Assembly (NCBI GenBank): GCA_051294905.1
Contig: CM119371.1
Location: forward strand, 40,426,001-40,490,000
DNA: 64,000 nt
Source of the DNA: Botryllus schlosseri
Lineage: Eukaryota
Direction: 5' to 3'
Shown here: positions 12,601 through 23,530 of the stretch, piece after piece
How positions within the stretch are numbered: position 1 is the stretch's first letter
How the letters are laid out: every line of letters starts with the position of its first letter
The notes under the pieces: model-generated
Database searches by the model: none
What the model was told of the DNA's origin: nothing
The model's input: only the letters and a program-made list of their open reading frames with translations
Position numbers and translations under genes: made by a program

Positions 12601-13222
12601 CTATCACATCATTGAAAGATAGGATTGGAATCAGCAATATGACGTCACGTGACGTCATGAGGTTCACGTTCGCGTTCACACAGAACCTTTCAAAAAGGTT
12701 CGCGTTCACACGAACCTGAACCTTTAAGAGGTTCACACCATCCCTAAGAAGTAGGGAATACTTACTTCGGTACTCGTACCTCGTTACTGTCAATCTCCGG
12801 AGCTATACGTTACACATAATTGTAAACTAAAATAGATAAACCTGTAAATTTTAATTCGCAGTGTGAACTTTATTGCAACACCTTGTTTCTTATGTCGAGC
12901 ACATATGATTCTATTACAACAATCGATGGGTATGCTATTTATGGTGATTGGCGGACGTCTTGTGATAAACTCACAATGAGGTCATCCAGCCAGCAAAGAA
13001 TCAAATATCAGCTTACAAAATACTTGTAGCATCGCCTATAAAAGAAAGTCGTTCATTCTTGTACCATAATAATGTATAGTCAGTTCGTTATCGGATCAAG
13101 ACGGACGTGTCAAGCATCCAATAACGATTTGCATATGGCCTATGTATCTGGAAAAGACTTAACTTCAAACTATTTGCGACAATACTTGGGTCGGAAGTGA
13201 CTTCAGAAGTGATACGGATATT

Positions 13223-14089
13223 ATGAGCTTGTTTGAGGCATATTTATCGACTGTGCTGTCACTGGTGAACTTTGTGACGGATATCTGCTCGGTTTGGATA
13301 TACTGGATGCAGACGGACGATAGTTTAGACGGTTTCTACGTAGCGCTTATCTCTACACTGATCTTATTTATAAGTCCCATACCTATTACCATCGGTATAG
13401 CGTGTACCTTCACCAAAAGATCCACTAAAGTGGAAACAACTTTGCGCAAAGCAAAAACGCTAGAATTGACATTGACAGCTACACCTCAACTATGGATCAG
13501 TTTATACGCTTTATCAGTTGGCGCAAATATACTTTACGGGGAAACAGCAATGTTACTCGTGTCATCAGCTATGTCGTATTTATCAGTATGCGCGATCCTA
13601 CCACGTGCCGATAACAGAATCTTAAGTAAAACATTTCAAAACGATTGCATGACTGACTGCGACCGCTTCGTGGTTAGCTTCTCAAAATGTGCGATATTTC
13701 TGGCGCGAATGTCGTTGCTGGTTTACATGACCTCACAGATAGGATGGTTTACTGCTTTGTTCTTTGGGATGCACTGGATTATGCTATCTGCTTTGTGTTT
13801 TTGTGCTATTTCAAAGCGCTCTATCAATCCGTGTCGAAATGCTATTGACGCTATCGAATCAGGACTTTTGCATTTCTTCTCGTGGGTATGCCCAGTTAAG
13901 CGGACTTGGTCTCACTTCTTTATGACGGCGTATTTTATTTTGGAACACGTTCTAGTGTGGATCTTGTTGCTGTGTTTGCCTAACAACCAATCTACTTTTC
14001 TCATCGCCAATGTACTGGCATTTCATGTGTTGATGAATACTATCGCTACTTTATTCATGGTTGCGTATGTTATTAAGAAATGGCCGTGA
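13223..14089 (+). CDS. XK-related (XKR/CED-8 family) multi-pass membrane protein, short and divergent, 288 aa
   Basis: Uninterrupted ORF with about 8 hydrophobic segments. XK-family motifs appear in the expected order: TM1 NFVTD (DxxTD), ELTLTATPQLWISLY (ExxLExxPQLxLQLY), SYLS, ARMSLL, MHW and EH. Confidence 0.85.
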   Translation: MSLFEAYLSTVLSLVNFVTDICSVWIYWMQTDDSLDGFYVALISTLILFISPIPITIGIACTFTKRSTKVETTLRKAKTLELTLTATPQLWISLYALSVGANILYGETAMLLVSSAMSYLSVCAILPRADNRILSKTFQNDCMTDCDRFVVSFSKCAIFLARMSLLVYMTSQIGWFTALFFGMHWIMLSALCFCAISKRSINPCRNAIDAIESGLLHFFSWVCPVKRTWSHFFMTAYFILEHVLVWILLLCLPNNQSTFLIANVLAFHVLMNTIATLFMVAYVIKKWP

Positions 14090-14629
14090 GTTCGGATATA
14101 ACATATCCTGCTGCAATGAAGGGTTTACAATTACGCGGGGAGTAATGTAAAGTCAAGTATTGCATGGAGTCTCGTAGTTTTGCGCTTAGCGCATGACCTC
14201 ACTGTATAGGCCCTTGTGGTGCATGCAACATATTCCTGCTGTACGTCAACTTATATACCCGTTTCATTTAATTTCGCAAACAGATTTTTCATTTCGAAGT
14301 ATTCAAGGTGATTTATTTATTTTCATTGCCAATCTTGGTCTCTAGTAGGTTATTGGTGTTTACCGAATGCGTTAAAAAAATTCAAAAGTGCCGAAATTCA
14401 CAGTTACCAGACTGTTGTTCCATGTCAATGAACAACGAAAGCAATTACTTTAGTATCGACAAGCCATTGTAAAAGAGAGGAGTATTCATCACGGAGTGTG
14501 TAGCCGTCATACATAGAACTACTATAGCATACTCAATGTATATCCATTTTGGTGAATATTGGTTTGAAGAGCTTCTTGGAGGTACAGAATTTCAATATGC
14601 AATTGAATAGCATACTCATATTTAAATGA

Positions 14630-14663
14630 ACCCGAATATTTTCGGCTGACACTCGTCAGGGGT
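14630..14663 (-). ncRNA. Minimal type I hammerhead ribozyme motif, intact core
   Basis: The minus strand reads ACCC-CUGACGA-G(uguc agc)C-GAAA-auau-UC-GGGU. This gives stem I ACCC/GGGU, the CUGANGA and GAAA cores, a 1-bp stem II, palindromic AAUAUU stem III and a UUC cleavage triplet. Confidence 0.8.
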
Positions 14664-14817
14664 AACCGTCGGCAACTAGTAGAGAATTGGAAAGAACATT
14701 GTATATCAACAATCGTATCACAAAATATGACGTCACCAGCATGAAATTTCGGGAATGTACTATAGTAAATATATTTTTAGGTGGTACACGAACTCCTTTT
14801 GTTGACAGAGTTTTGAT

Positions 14818-15036
14818 GATGCTGATCGATCAAAGGCCATTAATTCTGCCATCGGCAAACATCTGTTAGATAATCCGATCTGTGCGAATAATTATCAAGA
14901 CCACCGATTTCGAATCGTTGGGCGCGGCCGTTCACAATTCCATTTGTGTGCCTTAGAGTCGACTTTTATCAAAATACACCAACCAAAACTCTGTCAACAA
15001 AAGGAGTTCGTGTACCACCTAAAAATAGTACATTGA
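14818..15036 (+). pseudogene. C-terminal fragment of a Penelope-type GIY-YIG endonuclease
   Basis: An open frame without ATG reads DADRSKAINSAIGKHLLDNPICANNYQDHRFRIVGRGRSQFHLCALESTFIKIHQPKLCQQKEFVYHLKIVH*. This matches the SAIxxHL..F.I..L..LE..I..P.LC.QKEFV pattern of PLE ORF ends. Confidence 0.85.
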
Positions 15037-15139
15037 ACGCTCTCTCATTCACGAAATTTCATGCTGGTGACGTAATATTTTGTGATACGATTGTTGATAT
15101 ACAATGTTCTTTCCAATTCTCTACTAGTTGCTGACGAAT

Positions 15140-15173
15140 ACCCCTGACAAGTGTCAGCCGAAAATATTCGGGT
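15140..15173 (+). ncRNA. Minimal hammerhead motif with a core substitution (CUGACAA, G8A), probably inactive
   Basis: ACCC-CTGACAA-GTGTCAGCC-GAAA-ATAT-TC-GGGT. It is identical to the 14630 copy except at the conserved G8. Confidence 0.7.
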
Positions 15174-15865
15174 TCATTTCAATATGAATATAATAATCAA
15201 TTGAATATTGGTTGTACTCGCAGCAAAAAGAAAACGTTGTATTCGGTGCGTACGTCTTCGTATCATTCGTATTTGTGTGACACAGTCACAGCTGCCAGCG
15301 CAATGCACATTTTTCCTAATGACATCGTGCCATTTGAAAAATATGACTTCCATTGCCCCAATGCTCGCATCAGAATAAAAATCAATTCAGAATTATTATT
15401 CATCAAAAGATCCGTGGAATAAACACGAATTGCTAAACAATCAAACATAAAGAATACGTCGAAACAACTTCTTCAACACACTCGATCAACTCCTACCTCG
15501 GCCTGCAGGCTCTAATGGGCCGGAAATCATCACAACATTAGGAAATTGCACATGATCTGCGCACTATGTGAGGCACGAGATGTCGGACAAACAGGACCAT
15601 TTACGCCTCTCTTTCGAATCACGTAAAACATAAAGTTTATCACACATGATAATCTCATAATCGGGGTGTCAAATTTGATTTTAAATAATTATACGTATTG
15701 TTAAGTGGTGGTAAGTATGTAAATAACTTTAACGGTATCGAAGTTGCAATATAAGTTTCTCAAAGCCCCTCGTAAATCACACAGGCTAGGGTTTTGGCTT
15801 TGGATCAATTCGAAATACAAATAAAATCGTTTCAATAATATATTCATGACAGAAATATATTATAC

Positions 15866-15898
15866 CCCGAAGCTTTTCGAGCTGACACTCTTCAGGGG
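15866..15898 (-). ncRNA. Minimal hammerhead motif, variant subfamily, intact core
   Basis: The minus strand reads CCC-CUGAAGA-G(ugucagcu)C-GAAA-agcu-UC-GGG. The stem-III palindrome is AAGCUU instead of AAUAUU. Confidence 0.75.
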
Positions 15899-16245
15899 CA
15901 ATCGTCACCGAATGGGGAATTTCAAAAACATATTTCTGTCATGAATATATTATTAAAATGTACAATAAAGTTCTGTACCCCGAACAGTCTATTCAAATAA
16001 AATCGTGGAACAAGCGTAATGTTCATATTTTGACAGATGGCCCACTGCATACGATAAGTAGCCAACCCTTGACCTACGGAATTATCGAAATATTGGACAA
16101 GCAATAAAAATCAAGATACCATTTTCAATACGAGGCACAATGGAAGTAATAGTGTCAGCCAAAAAATATACTAGCATTTGAATAGCTTCTTGGAGATACA
16201 GAACTTCAATATAACAATAATTAGCATATCGATATTGAAAGATTG

Positions 16246-16277
16246 CCCCTGACGAGTGTCAGCCGGAAATATTCGGG
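16246..16277 (+). ncRNA. Minimal hammerhead motif with GAAA changed to GGAA, probably inactive, in a PLE pseudo-LTR fragment pair (about 16180-16315)
   Basis: CCC-CTGACGA-GTGTCAGCC-GGAA-ATAT-TC-GGG, preceded by an inverted pseudo-LTR tail. Confidence 0.65.
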
Positions 16278-19200
16278 TCCATTTCAATATGATTATACTA
16301 TTCAATTGTATATATTATCTAGAATGTATTCCAGTTTCATACTCTTCTTTCTCCTTTCTGCGGATAATGTCATATATGAAGTGGCGGAAGAGCATTGTTT
16401 CAAGTCTATTGTTATAGCGTTGCTCTATTCGTTGCCTACAAACCCAGTATAAAAGTACGGTAATGTGACCGTGCCTTGCCTGTAATAATATATTGCGTTG
16501 TAGTCTACGATTCTCACGGCGTCATGTTTTCATCACTGGCCGCGTGATGTGATTGTGATATACTATTACTATCGTCTGTTCCAGGCGAATCACGTTGCAG
16601 ACCACCTGATCTGCGAAGGTGTGGGCGAGGCGTGACTTATTACTATGCGAATCCACTAAACCCGACATCAACTTCGGGCAGCAAAGCAAATCTGTTCACG
16701 AATCAATTTCGTGCATCATTGGAATATTGCCAGATCGCATATGTACCGGTTGGAATGTTTCCGTGCGGGCCGTTCCGATTTTTGATTGGGTAGAATCGCA
16801 TGCGTGTTTGGTTTGGAAATAGCATCGCGTAATTTGCGTAATATGTATAAGTCTGACGTATTGTAACTCAATGTGTGAACTCACCCCACTTGATTTCGAC
16901 AATATTGTCAGTAATACTTAGTAGAAAAGTCACCATTTCTGATTGAGCTAACTACTTCGTTACAGCTTAATAATTACTTACTTTAATTGGCGTAAATATT
17001 TGTTATGCTCCGTACAGTATACACATTTTTTGTGGTAGTTTTCGTTAGCATTTTACTCTTAGTAGCAATATCCCAATCTATGCTATATGTACATTGTATA
17101 TAATGCCGGTGACGTCATTGTTGGTCATACGATTGTTGATTTACAATGTTCTTTCCAATTCTCTACTAGTGTTTGACGATTACCCGAAACCTTCGGATTT
17201 GTTTCAATATGAATATATTATTCATTTACATATTGAATTTCTGTACCTCCAAGAAACTCTTCAAGTTGATATCATTTCTATATTATTACGTACGGATGCA
17301 GTAGCAGTAATTAGTCATCGGCCACCTCTACATATCTCGTAGATATATGACCATAGTGGATTGTACGATTTACAAATAGGACATTCCAGCAGACTGACCT
17401 GACAATACACTTCGCCTAACGCTGTACGAAATATGCGGTGTCCGGCCAATATATTCGTGTCTATCAGTCACACGCGGCATTCATAACATGCGTCAATCCC
17501 GTTCACAGCAACTGAAACGCCTACTTGCGATGCGAAAAGATGTCTTCAAATACAATATTGTTGTGTCATGACTAGCGTCTGCTGGTAATATTTCCTGGTT
17601 CAAACATACGGGATATCTCACTTCGAGTGCAGTTAAATTGCCGCATCACGTCGCTTTGAAATGGAAATGGATTCCTCGCAAATAGGTAATAAACCCGGAT
17701 AATTGAGATATCAATAAAACTCGATAACTTTGCAGTAAAATTAGTGCGCTGTAGCTTAAAGTTCCTCCGTCGAAAGAATCTGTTCCGTGTTCAGTTCAAT
17801 GCTAATATGACAGATAGCAAATGGACGAGGATTGAGAAACCTTTCGGCCTGATCATTTCAACGCCCGCAATTGATATCAACAGGTATAAGTAGCTACCAC
17901 CACAAGCTTTGGTAGCGCCGAAGTGTACGGGAACGGGTAATTTACCGTTATAATATTGATCAATCTGTTTGGGTGAGGTCGATGTGAATAGAAATCGGTA
18001 ATTTGATGAAGCAAGGTGCTGCATCAAGTCGACCGAAATTCTGGCAGCATACGTCAAATGATACCACTGCTGAATCTCTCTTCTCAAATGGAACCAACAA
18101 GTTTTGCCTTCCAAGTTATAAAGCTCGAATCTAGTTATCTCTATTGAAAGGATGGTAGCCTATGTTTACCAAGGTCATTGTATTTACGCCGTAGCGTAAC
18201 GATGACTTCTGATCGCGTACCGGGGAAATACCTCAAGTATAGTTCATAGGGAGGATAAAAAATGACGTAATCTATAGAACTGTCTAGGCAGGCCCACTGT
18301 ATTTCTCACAGTCGTTATTGTAAAATGATAACTATGGCTGACTTATAACAGCTGGTTCGCATTGAAGTAAGACGTTGTGAAGTTGCGTCATTGGAAGTCA
18401 TCAGATTACTTCGGATACACATCATGTGTTTATCGCAATAGTGGAGAAATTCGGTACCTTGACTCATGCGTGACTCTATATTGAATACGATCACTTATAC
18501 GGGGAAATATTCAGGTATCTTGCTCAAGCTATGGGTATGAATACTTGAGATCAAGCGATACAGACGCTTTCATCGTAATTATCATGTTTCGATTCCAGAT
18601 ACTTCAAGACTTGCAATACAGTTAATAAAAAGGAAGGAACAGAAACGACTAATTAATCAAACTCATTTCTTAGCCTACAAATATATAGTTAGCAATCGGA
18701 CAAAAAAACGTGATAAAGGAGGCATACACGCCATAGTCTAGTTTTAATGAGAAATATCATTCAGAATTCCAGGTAAACAATGAAGAGACATTTTACAGAA
18801 TAGTGTACAGGCGAAGTCGCTGTGTCAAGATCAATTCGACAATCTCAATACGCACCCTATATTAATCCGATAAAATGGACATGCATTTAGACTTCAAGGT
18901 GGTCATGGTCATGGTCATCGGTCATACTTTGAAAGCTCTGCTATCGAACCAAAGAGGGCTTGTACACATGTGCGTTAGATTTCATAGTACTGAAAGTGTC
19001 AAATTCAGCGGACAGATACACAGATTGAAAGAATGCATAAACTAGCAATTTCTAGCTACCTCGTTTCTTTATTATTCAAGGCTCGATTTGATCGAAAAGA
19101 ATCTCACAGAACTAACTTACATAATATTAGTCGTATAACTGAATTCGGTATACGTATTTACAGGTGATATAGTCACTTTCGTTTAATCGTGTTTTTGCGT

Positions 19201-19346
19201 TTGGTTGCTACTACTGCGCCAACATTGGGTTTGGCTGTGAATAGCTGGTGCTTTCGCGTGTGTCAGCATTCTCCTAGCGAACGTATTAGATCGTTATGCT
19301 ATTCACTCCCAGTTTTCTCTATTCAATTTATTGTGTGTTATGAACT

Positions 19347-19511
19347 TGGGGTGTACGATAGTCGATAGATAGATAGATGTCGTACGATAGATGTCGTACG
19401 ATAGGGGGTGTTCTTCAAGATAGATGTCTTCAAGATAGATGTCTTCAAGATAGATGTCTTCAAGATAGATGTCTTCAAGATAGATGTCGTACGATAGGGG
19501 GTGTTCTTCAA
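19347..19511. repeat. Minisatellite, 15-bp unit AGATAGATGTCTTCA with CGTACGATAG variants
   Basis: Direct tandem repeats visible in the sequence. Confidence 0.9.
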
Positions 19512-19754
19512 GGATTCTGCTGTAGACCCTACGTACACTGTACCGGAATCATACTTATTGGATTACATGAGCGTGAGCTTGAGCATCCTGTATAATGAAT
19601 AATTGTCCGATCGAATTTATATCAAACAGTGCAAGTTGCCTACATAAGAGGCCCTTGATTACAGGGGAAATGGCTATCCCATTTGCCTGAAAAATAACTG
19701 GACAGTTGATAGTTATACAGTTAGACAGTTCTGCAGGCGATAATGTGTTGATTA

Positions 19755-21782
19755 CAGACATGGGGTAATCGCGATAAGTAATCGTAATCGATTACGACGA
19801 TTACAGCATTTTCAAGTAATCGTAATCGCAATCGATTACATTCGAAAAAATTCCCAAGTAATCGTAATCGTAATCGACTACTTCGCATATTTAATCGATT
19901 TCTTTGTGAAAGAACGATTACTTTTTATTTGTGCGACGACTGTGACATAAACTGAACAATGAACATTCGTTAACAAGCAAGAGATATTATACGAGTTATT
20001 GAGTCACAAACGTCTGATTTTCAAATGCCATTGTTCATTATTACGTCAGAAGTAGCCTATTAGCTTTGCTAGTCTTTGCGTAAGAAGTATCCACATTCCA
20101 CACTTATAGTAAATAGATATTCGATGTACATTAGTGTGATTGTAAAACACCCACCGTTCAGTATATCGGGTTATCGATACATTTCAGACGCAAATATATA
20201 CCTCGCTGCAGGATAATTAATCACCTCTCTGCCTAGTTTAAAATCGCAACTTTTGTGTTGATGTTTGGTTATGCTTAGTTAAACGCAATTTGACCGTTGC
20301 TGCTTGGCGAGCAATAGGCCTATGTGCTGGTACGAACGTACACCAGACAAAGATTTGAAATTTTGTACTCGTCAAATAAAATACTACGGTTTCCACAACG
20401 AAGCATTAAAAATCAACAGCTGCTGATATATATCATAACGGCGCCGTTTTTGCCGTTTCTCGTAATGGACGCTTGCATTACATTATCTGTATTAAGTTGA
20501 AGGCAGAATTTTATTTTCACCTTCTCTTATTCTCATATTATTCTACTCAAAACGGGCGTCAATTGCTATTTCACAATTCTTTACTGAAGATTTGGACCTG
20601 CCGCCATACCATCGGCTTATATACCATGTTAGCGTGGGTTGTAGCTAGAATCAGGATCAAAACAGCAAAATCGTTCTCCACTCCAAACGTTGTTCTTGGG
20701 CCCCCAAAGGGTAGTCAATTTTTAATTTGAAGATTTAATTTCGTCAATTACATTGGTAATTTCATTATATTGCATTTTTAATCCTATCTCAGCTCCCGAT
20801 GGTCAGACTTACCAGAATAGCAGGGCGCTCGTAATCCATATTTATAACATCTGGCATCTCGCAATAATTAATGTAGTGCATGTTGTTAATTCGTGACCTC
20901 CGGTCTGTTATATAGTCAAAAGATATTGTAGTGGCCCAAACTTAGCAGACTAAAAGAAAAACATTCGTGAGACGCACACACAAATTGTCATGTCTAATGC
21001 TCTGTGGGTGCCTGCGTGGCATTTCCATCGTGGGCTCAGATTGGAAGGATCGGACTGTTAGTCTAGCCCACCCAGCGCGGCTATTGACAATGGACACACA
21101 CCCCAAATTTCGGCCAACGTCTTTCTTTGATAGCACACTTCGTAGAGTCGCATGTTGGCCGAAACTGCACATGTCTTTTGGTGTGTCGGGGCGCGGTATT
21201 GACTGGCACCTAAGTGCCTATTACTATGAGTTATGCGTCCTTTATTTCTTGAGGGGAGACATTTGCATTTCGAAATCAAGCTATCTAGAGACATTTAAAT
21301 GGCAAAGCTCAAAGAGAATTTTCAAGATAATGAAATCTGTCGAGAATACTCTATAATTTATGTTGGTTCACGAAATACTTTTTAGTCCCCTCCGAGCACG
21401 CCCCCCACCCTATTGGGGAATTTGGGGTGCAGCAGTTATGGACCTGGCAAGAATGCAAATCATTGGGTGCGATAAATCGTCCTTTATAAAATGGGCAATA
21501 TGTACATTATGACGTAACAAGCAAATGTCGCATCTGTTTTAAAGAAATATGTTATCTCATTAGGCCTTTTCAGCGCAATCCATGTATTGTCTTCCAATAT
21601 AACTACTAAGATGCAAAATAAATGTAATCGTGAGTAATCGTGATTACTTTTCCAATGTAATCGTAATCGTAATCGACTACTTCCTGATTTTGCTGTAATC
21701 GTAATCGTAATCGTAATCGCGTGATTCCGAAGTAATCGTAATCGCAATCGATTACATTCATGAAGTAATCACCCCATGTCTG
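19755..21782. mobile_element. Non-autonomous hAT element with GTAATC subterminal repeats, containing a decayed family-A copy (about 20690-21447)
   Basis: TIR CAGACATGGGGT / ACCCCATGTCTG with a perfect 8-bp TSD GTTGATTA (19747-19754, 21783-21790). Confidence 0.9.
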
Positions 21783-21895
21783 GTTGATTATAGGTTGCAA
21801 GGTCAATTTGATTTTGATGCTATATGGTGGTAGCAACAGGACATGTTATGTTCAGATAATACCACTTATACAAGTGTCTTTAATATTACGAACTG

Positions 21896-23530
21896 ATGAT
21901 GTCGGGGAAGCAGTCGGTTCCGGAGCTGCAAATTTTGCAGACAATAACAAAGCACCTTCAGAGATCACGTTTCAGTGGGAAGTACGCAGATTTCAAAATC
22001 ATAGTCGGCAGCAAAGTGTTCCCAGCTCACCGCTTTATTCTCGGAAACAAATCGGCGTTTTTCCGTGACGTGATTCATAATAACGCAAATAAAGACACCC
22101 CAGTATCGTGTGATCATTCGGAATACACAGCAGATGCTGTCAGCGTATGCTTGGAATACATTTACACAGATCGACTCGAGTTCGAGTCTCACAACGCGCC
22201 GGCTGTTTTGCGCGTGGCGCATCATTGGACTTTGCGTTATGTCGTCACCAAGTGCGAGCAATTGCTGAAGACTAGCATAACGTCGTCAAACTGTATCAAA
22301 ACAAGAGCGCTGGCTACGAAACTTGGCCTTGCGGACCTCGGGGAGTGCGCTAACAAGGCTATTCTTGGGCATTTTGAAATGGTGACTAAAGCTAAAGATC
22401 TAGTCATTTTATCAGTTGATGATATGAAGTCCATTAAAGAGACAGCTATGGAAAGAGCATCAGTACGCATTAAAGACTTATGGACTCTATTTTACACATG
22501 GCACAAACGAAAAAACAAGGCTGGATCTCACACCTTATGCGAATGCTTGCATATATTCCCGTTCGACCAGTTTACAGTCACCGGTTTCAAAGAGCAGATA
22601 TGGAAAAACGAACACGTGTCGAACTGTGACCAGTGTCAGGAAGTCGCGGTACGGGCGTTTCTGAGTACATTTGACGAGCCACGAAAAGGCGACGACATTT
22701 TATTCCTTAAAAAGCTCGCGAAGAAATACGATTTTCGTACGTTGAACGAAATTACGCGCAGACACATTGTAGAGAATCATTTATTTATATTCACAAATCA
22801 CGACATGGGCGAGCTCGATAACGATGATTTGATGGAGTGCATTAACGATATCGAGGACATGTGCACGCCCGGTGAGTTTACGGCGATCGTGAAATGGATG
22901 GTAAAATCGAAAAAGCGACAAGAAATTTTCCCGCAAATATTTAAATGCGTGGAGGATCCTACCTGCGCGCCACACAACGTGTTTCTGTCCAGTATTGGCA
23001 GATTTTTTGGTCTTTCCGAACCCACCGCGGCAGAAGTAGCATGTTCTATTTCACGTGAGCAATATTGGTGGCCGAAATACTGCCTTTTCCTCAAAAAGCT
23101 GGCGGGAAAATACGACTGTAGCGTTATAGAGAAATTCGTGGATCAATGCATAGCCGGGGGTTTTGCCGAGGTCTGTGAAGACGTCGGTTTTTTAGAACTA
23201 CGTGCTCCTGACTTGATAAATTATCTGTCGTCGAAGTCCACGTATAGCTGTCGTGAAAGCCAGATTTGGGGGGCGATCATGTGCTGGATTCGTCATCACG
23301 AGTCGAGACGGGAGTCGTTTCAAGCTATCTTCGATTCGCTAAAGCTAGAAGAATTTACGACCGGTTTCCTGAGGTCGAACATATTAATCAACGCGTTAGT
23401 GATGGAGTCCAAAGCCAGTGTTTTCTCCGTGATGAGGGAGATTCTGCGAAGATTAGAAATATTGGAAAGCGAACACGCGGAAATGAAGAAAAACCTTCGC
23501 AACAAAATCGATCGGAAACAGACAAAATGA
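21896..23530 (+). CDS. BTB/POZ protein with three tandem BACK-like repeats and a C-terminal coiled coil, no Kelch repeats (544 aa)
   Basis: BTB motifs ADFKIIVGSKVFPAHRFIL..KSAFFR and LEYIYT. The BACK pattern occurs three times (e.g. CLFLKKLAGKYDC..FAEVCEDVGFLEL..ESQIWGAIMCWIRH..RR). The ORF is uninterrupted, with a splice-acceptor-like TTCAG at about 21855 just upstream. Confidence 0.9.
   Translation: MMSGKQSVPELQILQTITKHLQRSRFSGKYADFKIIVGSKVFPAHRFILGNKSAFFRDVIHNNANKDTPVSCDHSEYTADAVSVCLEYIYTDRLEFESHNAPAVLRVAHHWTLRYVVTKCEQLLKTSITSSNCIKTRALATKLGLADLGECANKAILGHFEMVTKAKDLVILSVDDMKSIKETAMERASVRIKDLWTLFYTWHKRKNKAGSHTLCECLHIFPFDQFTVTGFKEQIWKNEHVSNCDQCQEVAVRAFLSTFDEPRKGDDILFLKKLAKKYDFRTLNEITRRHIVENHLFIFTNHDMGELDNDDLMECINDIEDMCTPGEFTAIVKWMVKSKKRQEIFPQIFKCVEDPTCAPHNVFLSSIGRFFGLSEPTAAEVACSISREQYWWPKYCLFLKKLAGKYDCSVIEKFVDQCIAGGFAEVCEDVGFLELRAPDLINYLSSKSTYSCRESQIWGAIMCWIRHHESRRESFQAIFDSLKLEEFTTGFLRSNILINALVMESKASVFSVMREILRRLEILESEHAEMKKNLRNKIDRKQTK

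Larger units (their letters stand above)
14564..15210 (+). mobile_element. 5'-truncated Penelope-like element: inverted pseudo-LTR + GIY-YIG C-terminus + pseudo-LTR
   Basis: Inverted arms of about 230-250 bp (14564-14815 versus about 14984-15210) surround an endonuclease-coding stub, and each arm carries a hammerhead motif. Confidence 0.9.

Noticed and set aside
13030..13215. XKR promoter (TATAAAAG at about 13037, CGGAAGTG at about 13192)
   Set aside because: Short motifs are expected by chance in AT-rich DNA, and there is no TSS evidence.
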